DNA of 64,000 bases. It comes from an uncultured Gemmatimonadales bacterium (GTDB lineage: Bacteria; Gemmatimonadota; Gemmatimonadetes; Gemmatimonadales; GWC2-71-9). The notes beneath the pieces are model-generated. The model did no database searches, was not told where the DNA came from, and was given only the letters and a program-made list of their open reading frames with translations. This document shows, in pieces, positions 51,696-62,435 of the stretch. A program made the position numbers and the translations under genes. The stretch lies in the NCBI GenBank assembly GCA_963779755.1, contig CAVZZO010000003.1:736001-800000 (forward strand). The letters are read 5' to 3'. Position 1 is the stretch's first letter; every line of letters begins with the position of its first letter.

Positions 51696-52721
51696 TCTAA
51701 ATAGGTACGACGACTGGCTGACGAGCGACACCGCTGCCGCAATCGTCATTCGCGAACCGCTATGCCGATTAGGGCTGAACGGCGCGTTCTCCTGCGACGT
51801 TCGCTGCGGCTGAAGACAGAATGTCTTCCTGGGGATACAACTTGACCGCTGACGAGTGAAAAGAACGTCTGCTCGTCGACAGCGTGGGCTCGCAGCGAAT
51901 CAATCGACTGATCTTCGCTGCCTGAATACGCTGGCTCGTCCGCGGTGGTCATCCTGCTGGCGAGGGATCGGTGAACCTGCTCGAAGCTGATCACTGCGCT
52001 GGCGATGCGATCGTCGATGCCGGCGTTGCAAAGAGATTTCAGATGCTTCAAATCTGTGCTAAGGGGAACGCCTGGCGATGGCAAGATCGCGCTGACATCG
52101 CTCGTCTTCGGCGTCTGGGACTCCGCGACCGCGGCAACTCCCCGGCTGGTCGCTCACGATCCGCGCTTCGACGTGCAGAACTTGACTCGATCGGCGCGTT
52201 TAATCGTCGCGGATTACATCGGCTCGGGTTGCTTGAAGACCGACTGACAGAAGCTAAGAGATGCTTACGCAACGCGATTTATCCGTCCAGCCTCGGCTAC
52301 CGGTGGCGCGGTCGCTAAGGGCGGCTCCGTCGCGACGTCCCTTCAACTTGCTGCTCTCCGCCTACTGGCTGCTGGCGATGACACAACGCTCGCGCTGCGC
52401 TGCTACGTGCTGGGCTCTCGCTCGTCGCTTTGACTGCGCCCCCCACCCCTGACAAGGCTGCACCTCGTGCCGGATGTCGAGAACCCCCGCCGACACGCTC
52501 GTAAATGCCGACGGCCGCGTGCGGAATTCGCGCTCTCGCCGAGCGGCCATCGCGTTTGCCACGCTCGCCGCCAACGATTCGGCATCGGCGAATCGGATCT
52601 GTCAAGTTCGACCCGAGCTGGCAAAGAAGGACATCGCCGGCGAAGGCAATGTCACCTCGACAAAGAAGGGACTGGCGCGGGCAAAGGGCAAGGCAGCCTC
52701 TTCCGAGACCAAGTCGGAGTA
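51688..52721 (+). pseudogene. csb1: Type I-G Cas7 (Csb1), multiply frameshifted
   Basis: Fragments VIREPL, DSVGSQ, VNLLEA-H...DAI, TSLVFGVWDS in shifting frames; stop at 52721. Confidence 0.75.
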
Positions 52722-52725
52722 GCTC

Positions 52726-54266
52726 ATGAATCATCGCTCTGCATCAGCTTTCGATTCATACAGCCTTATCCGCTTTTCCACGGCCGCGGTGATGGTAACG
52801 AGCTGGAATGGCCGCCCTCGCCTCTGCGCGCGTTCCAGGCGCTTATCAACGCGGCCTGTCTTCGCACGCGTGGATGTCTCTTCTCCGGGAAGTGCGCTCG
52901 CACTTAAGGCAATCGAGCACGTGCATCCAATGGTCGTCGCACCGCAAGCCGCACTAAGCGCCTCCGGATATCGCGCTTATGTGCCACACAATCAAGGCGA
53001 TCTCGTCGCTGCCGCATGGTGCCGGGGGAACTTCGACGCCAGCATAGCCCTGCACCGGGTCGAAAAGGATCATCGCCCTCATCGTATCAAGGTGGTCGAT
53101 GAAGACCTACTGCCATTCATCACGGTACCGCTCGACGCCACTCGGTCGATCCGGGCGAACTGCTTCGGGCGATCCGGCCGCCGACCGTTCGATTTACTGT
53201 CTCGGCTGGAGCATCGATCAGGTCATCGCCGATGCCACGCTCGTCGAACAACTTCCCAGCAACTCCCGGTCGAACGCTGGACGCCGACTCGACGGGGCGG
53301 CAGACGGCTGCGCGTACATCGCATCGGCTCGCTTGACGCGCTCACGCGCGCCACCGAAGGTTCCTCTCTCACCTGGTGAGCGGCGACTGGACGACCGTTC
53401 CCCCGTTAGCTGCGATGGATCAGATCCGCACCGGCGCGTGTTGATCTCATCTCCCGCCCTCATGCCGTTTTCAAGCTGATTGACGAAAGCGATGACACCG
53501 TCACCTATCCGCGATCCAAGCTCGTCCACATCGCAGGCATGGTGAAGCACCTGGCCATCGAGACGATGAAGACGAACTCGCTGCGCGACTGCGCGGGCGG
53601 ACGCCCGATGAATGGGTCGATCCATACGTCGCCGGACACCGATCGAAAGAGAGCAAGGCCTGCGGCACCCGCACACACAGTTCTCTGACATCCCGCTGCA
53701 TCGATCGGCAATCCGAATACCGATCCAGCGTTCGGCGCGTGATGATCGTCGCGCCGGTCGGCGACGATGCCTGGCTGGAACACCTCGCAGCTCGGCTCGA
53801 CGGCGCTCTTCTCGAGCCGCTGCCTGGCACGAAGCTCCCAGCCGGCACGCGCCTGGAACGCATCGACGGCCATCGCAGGGACGGCGTGCCCGATGCGCAT
53901 CTCCGTGTGTCCGCTAGGTAGGCCACCGTCACACCGGTCATTTTTCAAGGTCACGATGATCGGAAGCTGGAGAAGACACGATCGTTGCCCTCAAAGCCAT
54001 GCAGCATTCCGGCATCGAACAACTTTGCACGTTTGAGTGGTGCGCTTTCAGCTGTTTCCGCAAAATGCTCCCCGCCCATAGATATCGAAAGGATCCGAAT
54101 GATAACGATGAAGACGCTCATTAACTACGTCCGCTCCGATCACTTGCTCGACGAGACCGTCGTCCACGTGATAGTGACTTTCGCGAACGGCCTCGAAAGC
54201 CCCGGTCCCGTCACCCTCGGCGCCGCCCGGCATTGCGGCTTCGGCCTGATGGCGGCGATTATCTAG
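52726..54266 (+). pseudogene. csb2: Type I-G Cas5/6 fusion Csb2, multiply frameshifted
   Basis: FHGRGDG.ELEWPPSPLRAFQAL, YVPHNQGD, C-terminal GPVTLGAARHCGFGL. Confidence 0.8.
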
Positions 54267-54499
54267 TGCGAACGCTGATGACCAGCTTCCCCCTCGGTGT
54301 CGCTGCGTCTTCGGACAGACCTCCGCGGTGAAGACGCGCGGGGCGGTGATCGAGAGCTGTCGTGTGAAGTCGGATGTTCAGCGGGTGAAGCTGCGCATAA
54401 GGGCCGGCCTGTACACCCGCCCGTCCGGTCTAACCGCCCCGCGCAGGCTGCCGCCCGCGGGCGAGGCGTCGCCGACTTCCCCCCCTGCCCTCCCGCCGG

Positions 54500-55530
54500 G
54501 AACGCACTGTTGCCACGGCATCCGTCTGATCGGCACGGTCGCCGGGCTCGTCTCCGGTGCCGCTGCCATGCGGCTCTACCCGCCGCGCTGAGAGGACACC
54601 TGCTCTTCGCCGCCGAGTTCACGCTCCGCCGCCGGGCTCTGCACAAACCGCTCGCTCAGGGGCTCGTTCCTGAGCCAGGCGCTCGCCCGACAGCATCGGG
54701 ATCTGCCCGCCATCACCCCGGAACAGGACGCTACCGTTACGGCTGACCGCTTCCACGCCGCCGAGTGGCGGATGCCGCCCTTGACGACCACTGGATCGGC
54801 GAACTGCTCTGGCGCTATCCAGGCGGGCGGCGGCCTCGCGTCCAGATCCATCGCCGCGCTCGCCCGCGCGGAGCAGCTGCACCAGAACCTGCTGGACGAG
54901 ATGATCGGCCTGCGGCCCGCCACGGCAGTGCGCGGAGCCACGGGCCGCCGGTCTGGAACGGCGCATCGCCGCGCTGGAAAGGCTGATCCGCGACGCTGTC
55001 GGCTTTCGCCAGAGCGAAGGGGAAGGGGCCGAAGGGGCGAGGCCAGAATCCGGGGAGATAGAGGAAGCGGTGCGTGAGAGCGAGGCCGGGGCGAGCCTCG
55101 CCGCGGTGGTGCGGCGGGCGGCGGTTGCCGACGATGACGCCCTGCTGATTCTGGACGATGCCCTCACCGCTGCCGAGGAGAGCCCGTACGAGGATGCGGA
55201 GCGGTGGCTGCCGTCCTGGATGCGATGGCCCTGGTGGCCCGCCGTCGCCAGGCCGGCAGCCTGGGAACCTCGCTACGGGAAGCGTTTCGCGAGCTGGGGC
55301 TGGAATACCAGGGCGGCATCTCGGCCAACACACCGGCGCGGTTGCGGAGCAGTACGTCATTCGCCTCGGAGGCGAGGTACTGGAGGCCACGGAACATGTC
55401 GTCCTGGGCACCAGCTACGACCCGCACCATTGCCTGCGGATCTATTTCACATCCCGCGCACCGGCGGAGCCTGGTTCGTGATCTCCTATGTGGGGCGGCA
55501 TCGGGAGGTCATGACGACGAGCCGAGATCT
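54500..55530 (+). pseudogene. Frameshifted hypothetical gene with a C-terminal HxxLG...CLRIYF...VGRH domain (boundaries approximate)
   Basis: Protein-like fragments chain across ORFs 54772, 55070, 55204 and 55158. Confidence 0.45.
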
Positions 55531-55863
55531 GCAGTCCCGGAGATGGCCCGGCTGCGATTCGGGTACGAGCGGCCGGCACCAGCCGGTCAACCCGCTCCTG
55601 GACCCTGCTATCCACAGTGACGACGACTTTCGCCTCAGGCATATCTACCTTCGGGTAGGATAATACATCCTGCCTCGATTGACCCGCAGGATCAGATCGG
55701 AAGTGCGCCCAGGTTGGCGCAGCCAGGGAGACCCTGGTCCAGGGCCGCGTCTACATCCGCGCGGAATCGTGCCGCACCAATCCCTGGAGCGGTGCGGGCC
55801 GTCTCCGCGATAATCGCCCGAGGCACGAAGCGCAGTCATGTTGCGTCGGAGCCCTGGTGGCAA

Positions 55864-56271
55864 CTACAGCCCTGCCGCCCCCCTCATCCGCTGGTCCGCC
55901 GTCAGCAGCTCCACATCACCGAGCCGCCGCCGAGCGGTGAGCCAGGTGGCGAGATGCAGCGCGTCGAGTGTGCGCAGGGACTTGTCGGGCGCCAGCGTGG
56001 CGGCCAGGTCGCACACCGCCGCTGTCAGCTCCCACACCTCGCATCGGGCGAAGAGAGCATCCAGATCCCGGCCGGCCTCCGCCAGGGCAGCTTCCGGCGC
56101 CGTACCCTCGCGCCGCAACCGCAGGAGCGCGCGCGCCGCTTCCACCAGGACCAGACGCGAGACGATCAGGGCATCGGCAGCCCTGACCCTGTCGGTAAAA
56201 TCGGACCGTGCCCCCTGTTCCAGTACGGCCTGGAGGATGGCCGAGGTGTCGAGGTAGAGCGGTGGCGCCAC
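55864..56271 (-). CDS. vapC: VapC-family PIN-domain toxin (start could be 56292)
   Basis: YLDTSA, E, LRTLDALHLA, LTAD. Confidence 0.9.
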   Translation of the reverse strand: MAPPLYLDTSAILQAVLEQGARSDFTDRVRAADALIVSRLVLVEAARALLRLRREGTAPEAALAEAGRDLDALFARCEVWELTAAVCDLAATLAPDKSLRTLDALHLATWLTARRRLGDVELLTADQRMRGAAGL

Positions 56272-56275
56272 GAAG

Positions 56276-56587
56276 TTACCGCCCGCCGCCACGGTCCGAG
56301 CGCAGATCATCCAGCAATGCGCCCGCAGTGCCCGGAGGAAGCCGAAGCCCACGCGGGTGCCAGGACCAGCCGGCCTTGCCCAGCCGCGCCCGGGTCACCT
56401 CCCCTGCAGCAGCCAGGTTGTCGAGCGCCTGGTCGGGCCCCTCACGCGGCGCGGGACGCGGCACCGGAGGCCGCAGCTCGGCCACCACCTGGTCCCGGTC
56501 GGTCACCAGGAAGGTTGCTCCCTGTCGCACGGCGCGCAGGTATTCGGACAACCGCGACTTCAGTTGGCGCACTCCGACGACTCGCAT
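56276..56587 (-). CDS. Phd/YefM-family antitoxin
   Basis: VGVRQLKSRLSEYLRAVRQG..FLVTDR..VVAEL. Confidence 0.9.
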   Translation of the reverse strand: MRVVGVRQLKSRLSEYLRAVRQGATFLVTDRDQVVAELRPPVPRPAPREGPDQALDNLAAAGEVTRARLGKAGWSWHPRGLRLPPGTAGALLDDLRSDRGGGR

Positions 56588-56594
56588 GCGATGA

Positions 56595-56612
56595 ATGTAG
56601 TCACATGTAGTC
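56595..56612 (-). promoter_or_regulatory. Putative TA autoregulatory operator
   Basis: ATGTAGTC-AC-ATGTAGTC repeat immediately upstream of the antitoxin start. Confidence 0.5.
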
Positions 56613-56711
56613 CTGAATGCAACCGCCCCGGGATGCCACGCGGTCCTGGGGGAACGGCCCGGGCGGCCCGATTCCTGCATTTCCTGACCATCCCGTCACC
56701 CGGGAACTCCT

Positions 56712-58391
56712 ATGACTGCCCCGACCGATTCGGCCCTCCCGGACCTCATCCCGGCCAGGATGGTCAACGAATTCGTGTATTGCCCCCGACTGGCCTACCT
56801 CGAGTGGGTGCAGGGCGAATGGGACGATAATGCCGACACGGTCCACGGGAAGTTCGTGCACCGGCGGGTGGACCAGGAACCGGCCAGCGATGTGCCAGCT
56901 CCCGAGCAGGCGGAGGCCGCGGAGATCATCACCCGCTCCGTCATGCTCTCTTCCGAAGAGCTGGGCGCCATTGCGCGGGTCGATTTGCTGGAACTGGAGG
57001 GGAAGCAGGCGGTTCCGGTGGACTACAAGCGGGGGCCGCTGCCGCCGAACGGGCGCCCGCCCTACGATCCCGAGCGGGTCCAGCTCTGCCTCCAGGGTCT
57101 TCTGCTGCGGGGCGCAGGCTATGAATGCCCCTTCGGCATCCTCTATTTCAGCGCCTCGAAGACCCGGGTGGAAGTGCCCTTTGACGACGAACTGGTAGCC
57201 TTGACGCTGGAGTCATTGGCGGGAATCCGGGGCATGGCACAATCTTCCCGCCTCCCTCCGCCCCTGGTAGACAGCCCCAAGTGCGTGCGCTGCTCGCTCG
57301 CGGGTATCTGTCTGCCGGATGAAATCAACCGGCTCACCCATCCGGACATTCCCACCCCGCCGCGGCAGCTAATGCCGGCGCTGGAAGAGCGGCAGGCGCT
57401 GTATGTGCAGGAACAGGGATCCCGGGTAGGCAAGGACGGCGAGCGGCTGGTGATACGCTCCCGGGAAGGACCCGAACAGAAGGTCCGCCTGCCGAATCTT
57501 TCTCAGGTGGTCCTGCTGGGGAATGTGCAGGTCAGCACCCAGGTGGTCCAGACGCTGTGTGAACGGGAGATTCCGCTCATCTATGCCAGCCGGAACGGCT
57601 GGTTCTACGGCATGGCACGCGGGTTCGACCACAAGCATATCGAGCTGCGCATCCGGCAGCACCGTCTTATCGAAGCCGGCGCCGCGCTCCCCATCGCGCG
57701 GGCTATCGTGAGCGGCAAGATCCAGAATCAGCGCACCCTGCTCCGCCGCAACCTGGAGGAACGGGATTCCAGGCTGCTGGGAAGATTGGCACTCTACGCC
57801 CGCCAGGCCCGGCATACGGAGGCGGCCGAGTCGCTGCTGGGCGTCGAAGGCATCGCGGGGCAGCTCTACTTCGGGGCCTTTCCCCGCCTCTTCCGCGGCG
57901 CCGGCGCCTGGGCGGGGGAGGTCTTCGCCGCCGAGGGTCGCAACCGCCGTCCGCCCCGGGATGAAGTCAATGCGGTGCTGTCGTTTCTCTATTCCATGCT
58001 GACGAAGGAATGTCATCTCGCCGCCCATGCGGTCGGCTTCGAGCCCTACCGCGGGTTTTATCACAGCCCCAAGTACGGACGGCCGGCCCTGGCACTCGAT
58101 CTGTGCGAGGAATTCCGCCCGCTCATCGCCGACTCGGTCTGTCTCACCCTGTTCAACCAGGGGGAGTTGGGGCGGAGCGATTTTGTCCGGCGCGCGCGGG
58201 GGGTGGCGCTCACCGCGCCGGGGAGGCGCACCGTGCTGGCGGGGTTCGAGCGCCGGATGAACCAGACGGTGAGCCACCCCGTCTTCGGGTACAGCCTCAG
58301 CTATCGCCGGACGATCGAACTGCAGGCTCGGCTGCTGCGGGCTGTGGTGCAGGAGGAAGTGCCCCGCTACCGGCCGTTCACCACCCGATGA
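56712..58391 (+). CDS. cas1: Cas4/Cas1 fusion
   Basis: Cas4: YCPR, VDYK, QLC, C-x2-C-x5-C; Cas1: LLGVEG, RNRRPPRDEVNAVLS, GFYH, LALDLCEEFRP. Confidence 0.96.
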   Translation: MTAPTDSALPDLIPARMVNEFVYCPRLAYLEWVQGEWDDNADTVHGKFVHRRVDQEPASDVPAPEQAEAAEIITRSVMLSSEELGAIARVDLLELEGKQAVPVDYKRGPLPPNGRPPYDPERVQLCLQGLLLRGAGYECPFGILYFSASKTRVEVPFDDELVALTLESLAGIRGMAQSSRLPPPLVDSPKCVRCSLAGICLPDEINRLTHPDIPTPPRQLMPALEERQALYVQEQGSRVGKDGERLVIRSREGPEQKVRLPNLSQVVLLGNVQVSTQVVQTLCEREIPLIYASRNGWFYGMARGFDHKHIELRIRQHRLIEAGAALPIARAIVSGKIQNQRTLLRRNLEERDSRLLGRLALYARQARHTEAAESLLGVEGIAGQLYFGAFPRLFRGAGAWAGEVFAAEGRNRRPPRDEVNAVLSFLYSMLTKECHLAAHAVGFEPYRGFYHSPKYGRPALALDLCEEFRPLIADSVCLTLFNQGELGRSDFVRRARGVALTAPGRRTVLAGFERRMNQTVSHPVFGYSLSYRRTIELQARLLRAVVQEEVPRYRPFTTR

Positions 58392-58696
58392 AGAGCACCC
58401 GGCGCCGGCGCTACCTGGTGGCCTATGACGTGAGCCATCCCAAACGGCTGCGGCTGGTGTACCGCAAGATGCTGGGGTATGGGCATCCGCTGCAGTATTC
58501 GGTCTTTCAGTGCGACCTGTCGGCGGTGGAGAAGCTCAAACTGATCGCGGAGACCGGGAGCATTATCAATCACGTGGAGGACCGAATCCTGATCGTGGAC
58601 GTGGGGCCGGTACGGGGCCGCGGCGGAGTCGCGTTCGAGTATATTGGGAGGCAGGATGCGGCGGCAGATGACGATGGGGACGCGGTTATCGTCTGA
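58388..58696 (+). CDS. cas2: Cas2 endonuclease
   Basis: YLVAYDV, G..LQYSVFQC. Confidence 0.95.
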   Translation: MKSTRRRRYLVAYDVSHPKRLRLVYRKMLGYGHPLQYSVFQCDLSAVEKLKLIAETGSIINHVEDRILIVDVGPVRGRGGVAFEYIGRQDAAADDDGDAVIV

Positions 58697-58883
58697 GCAG
58701 GTCCGGCGAGCAGCTGGGTGGTGCGGGCGCCCGGGTGGCCGCTCGACCTGGCCTAATGCGATGAGAACGGTCATCTTAGCGAAGGAGTCAGCCGTGGGTC
58801 GCGACGGTTGGAGGGCCGCCGAAGCAGGGTGTTCGCAATCTGGCTTGCAAGTAGCTGGTATCCGGAGGGTTAGACCACGCGGC
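58697..58883 (+). promoter_or_regulatory. CRISPR leader (putative)
   Basis: Non-coding stretch between cas2 and the first repeat. Confidence 0.6.
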
Positions 58884-61800
58884 ATTTCCGCGGCTCATTC
58901 GCCGCGGCCCCATTGAAGCGATCGTCGCTGGCCCAGTGCGGCTATCCGCAGTTGACGCCGATAGCATGCCAGTCCGATTTCCGCGGCTCATTCGCCGCGG
59001 CCCCATTGAAGCCGGCCGGGATCTGCGGCGGCTCGCCATCGTGTCGGTATTTCCGCGGCTCATTCGCCGCGGCCCCATTGAAGCAGGGTGCGACGTGCCT
59101 CGGATTTCCGCGGCTCATTCGCCGCGGCCCGATGAAGCAGTATGAGTCCACTGCCAGCATTTCCGCGGCTCATTCGCCGCGGCCCCATTGAAGCGCAGCT
59201 TTCGCCGAGGTATTTCCGCGGCTCATTCGCCGCGGCCCCATTGAAGCGTATCCGGCAAGCCAGTACATTTCCGCGGCTCATTCGCCGCGGCCCCATTGAA
59301 GCCGCGCAACGTACGCCTGCTCGCCTCGAATCTTCTCCGCGTCATTTCCGCGGCTCATTCGCCGCGGCCCCATTGAAGCATGCGGCCGCCGCTTCTGCGA
59401 GCATGTAGCCGAGAGGCCTCCATTTCCGCGGCTCATTCGCCGCGGCCCCATTGAAGCGTGGGCGACCGCAGCGTGGGCAAGGATGGGAAGCGTCCGGATT
59501 TCCGCGGCTCATTCGCCGCGGCCCCATTGAAGCAACCACGGCTGGGATCACGCCCTGAATATCGGCGGCGACATTTCCGCGGCTCATTCGCCGCGGCCCC
59601 ATTGAAGCGTCGTTGAGATGACACCAGATGAGCGCCGGCTCCGGCATTTCCGCGGCTCATTCGCCGCGGCCCCATTGAAGCTCGGTCATGCGGAACACCA
59701 ACCGACGCGCCGGCATATCATTTCCGCGGCTCATTCGCCGCGGCCCCATTGAAGCGTCCAGACGCCATCCTCACTCCCGACAACTACGCTTGATTTCCGC
59801 GGCTCATTCGCCGCGGCCCCATTGAAGCCGATGGTTTCATCGGAGGGATCCGTCCGCTCCTTGAATTTCCGCGGCTCATTCGCCGCGGCCCCATTGAAGC
59901 GCGTCCGCGTTCATTTGGGTGAATTCCACGAACATGATTTCCGCGGCTCATTCGCCGCGGCCCCATTGAAGCGGCCCGAACGCGCACCTGCCGCCGGCCG
60001 AGCGCCCGTTATTTCCGCGGCTCATTCGCCGCGGCCCCATTGAAGCGGCCTTTTCGGTCGCCGCGTGAGTCCGGGTCGTCTCATTTCCGCGGCTCATTCG
60101 CCGCGGCCCCATTGAAGCGTTCTCGGACCCGGCTTCTCGCTGCGCGTCTGGCACATTTCCGCGGCTCATTCGCCGCGGCCCCATTGAAGCGCCGGGTAGA
60201 TGCGCAGGTAAATGGTGTTCCCGACGATCCCATTTCCGCGGCTCATTCGCCGCGGCCCCATTGAAGCATCCCCGGCAACGGGCCGAAACAGCGGCCGCGG
60301 GTGCATTTCCGCGGCTCATTCGCCGCGGCCCCATTGAAGCGGCCGACTGGATGTCGTTGAGCGGATCGACCCAGGGCCATTTCCGCGGCTCATTCGCCGC
60401 GGCCCCATTGAAGCTTCAGGCTGACGTAGGAGAACTGGCCCGCTACAGCTATTTCCGCGGCTCATTCGCCGCGGCCCCATTGAAGCTCGGTGGCCGCCGG
60501 CCAGCGGATCGTGCGGGTGCGCATTTCCGCGGCTCATTCGCCGCGGCCCCATTGAAGCTGCCCGAAACTTCGCCCCGAAACGCGGCATAACTCGGTTATT
60601 TCCGCGGCTCATTCGCCGCGGCCCCATTGAAGCCTACATGGCGGGCGGTGGCCTGTTCTCCAGCATCGGATTTCCGCGGCTCATTCGCCGCGGCCCCATT
60701 GAAGCCCGTGGGATTCTGCCAGTACGACGCGGCTGGCGTCAATTTCCGCGGCTCATTCGCCGCGGCCCCATTGAAGCGCGCTGGACGGCCTACTCAGTGC
60801 GACTCAATTACGAAATTTCCGCGGCTCATTCGCCGCGGCCCCATTGAAGCGCGGCCGCCGGGCCAATAGGCATCGACCTCAGCCGGGATTTCCGCGGCTC
60901 ATTCGCCGCGGCCCCATTGAAGCTCAGTTGACTGCAGAGCATCCATGTCCATCGACGTCGATTTCCGCGGCTCATTCGCCGCGGCCCCATTGAAGCAATC
61001 TAGTACAGATCAGACCACGCCATATACGCTGAATTTCCGCGGCTCATTCGCCGCGGCCCCATTGAAGCCGCCTTTCGGCGGTGATTCGTCTTGCGGACCC
61101 CACGCTTATCGCGCCGATTTCCGCGGCTCATTCGCCGCGGCCCCATTGAAGCGAGGGCCGGCGACGTCGACCACCGCAAAGGCGCGCTATTTCCGCGGCT
61201 CATTCGCCGCGGCCCCATTGAAGCCGATTTTTCACCCTCGCACACGTGAGGCATGCCCGACATTTCCGCGGCTCATTCGCCGCGGCCCCATTGAAGCAGG
61301 CCGAGCCCGGACTCGCCGTCCCCGACCTCGCCATTTCCGCGGCTCATTCGCCGCGGCCCCATTGAAGCGGCCTCGGCTGTGCGATACTTCTCGCCGAGCG
61401 GCGCATTTCCGCGGCTCATTCGCCGCGGCCCCATTGAAGCTTGACGCCGGGGTCGGCGTGCGCGTCCGTGCAGGCCATTTCCGCGGCTCATTCGCCGCGG
61501 CCCCATTGAAGCCAGATGCCAGCGGGCGACACCGGCCGCCATGATCGCGTCATTTCCGCGGCTCATTCGCCGCGGCCCCATTGAAGCAACACCCGACTGG
61601 CGGAAGCGCGCGCTGAGACTCATTTCCGCGGCTCATTCGCCGCGGCCCCATTGAAGCGCGTAGATTGTCACGGTGTGATACGTGTTGCCGTATTTCCGCG
61701 GCTCATTCGCCGCGGCCCCATTGAAGCATGGTCTGAATCCTCTCCCGTAATCTACCGCCCCGTCATTTCCGCGGCTCATTCGCCGCGGCCCCATTGAAGC

Positions 61801-62147
61801 AAGGGGACCGGCGGCAGCCCGGGCGGGCCACACAACATTTCCGCGGCTCATTCGCCGCGGCCCCATTGAAGCGCTGCGGAGAGAGGCCATGTCCACGATG
61901 CCGTCTGGATTTCCGCGGCTCATTCGCCGCGGCCCCATTGAAGCAGGGGTAACTCGCAGACGAAGGCCCGCGGGCCAAGTAATTTCCGCGGCTCATTCGC
62001 CGCGGCCCCATTGAAGCACCCGATACGATGTCCAGGGAGATTACAACCTGTACATTTCCGCGGCTCATTCGCCGCGGCCCCATTGAAGCGTGGGCTTGTG
62101 GTTTACAGCATTATAGTTTGGGTAATTTCCGCGGCTCATTCGCCGCG
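58884..62147 (+). CRISPR. CRISPR array: 45 full repeats plus 1 truncated, 45 spacers; repeat ATTTCCGCGGCTCATTCGCCGCGGCCCCATTGAAGC (36 bp)
   Basis: Direct count; internal CCGCGGC/GCCGCGG hairpin, ATTGAAGC 3' end typical of I-G; most spacers 34-42 bp. Confidence 0.99.
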
Positions 62148-62275
62148 AATGAGCCAAAGAGGATCATCCCGGAGTTTGACCAGGAGCGAAACGGCCTTCG
62201 CATGCACCAGCGGCAGGCCGGCCTCCTCGAGCATCAAGGGCGCCAGCTCGCTGCGCGGTGAGCCAGGGCCTGGAT

Positions 62276-62427
62276 CTGGTCCGCCGGTCGAGGTGCTGGC
62301 GCGCTACGAGGACTGGCTCACCCTGAGCCGGCTGGAAGCGGAGCGGGGCAAGGCGCAGGGCCGGCCGCGGGTGAAGCTGACCAGCGTGGAGGAGGTGCTA
62401 AGGGCACTGAAGAGGGGGCCGGGGTAA
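62276..62427 (+). pseudogene. Internally deleted duplicate of the fprA 3' region (right boundary repeat)
   Basis: 62282-62301 matches 46270-46289 (19/20), joined directly to a 97/99 match of 46715-46813. Confidence 0.85.
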
Positions 62428-62435
62428 GGGGATGG

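Noticed and set aside
54270..54480. Possible integron attC-like site or anti-repeat/tracr-like RNA
   Set aside because: No convincing core-site inverted pair or repeat complementarity; the region is also indel-rich
58920..62124. Self-targeting spacers within the window
   Set aside because: None noticed by eye, but this needs an alignment; untested rather than excluded
58788..62261. Many ORFs containing MGPRRMSRGN or FRGSFAAAPLK
   Set aside because: Translations of CRISPR repeats, not genes
46850..62435. CRISPR-associated transposon (CAST) or prophage
   Set aside because: No tns/tniQ, integrase or phage genes visible, and cas3 is intact
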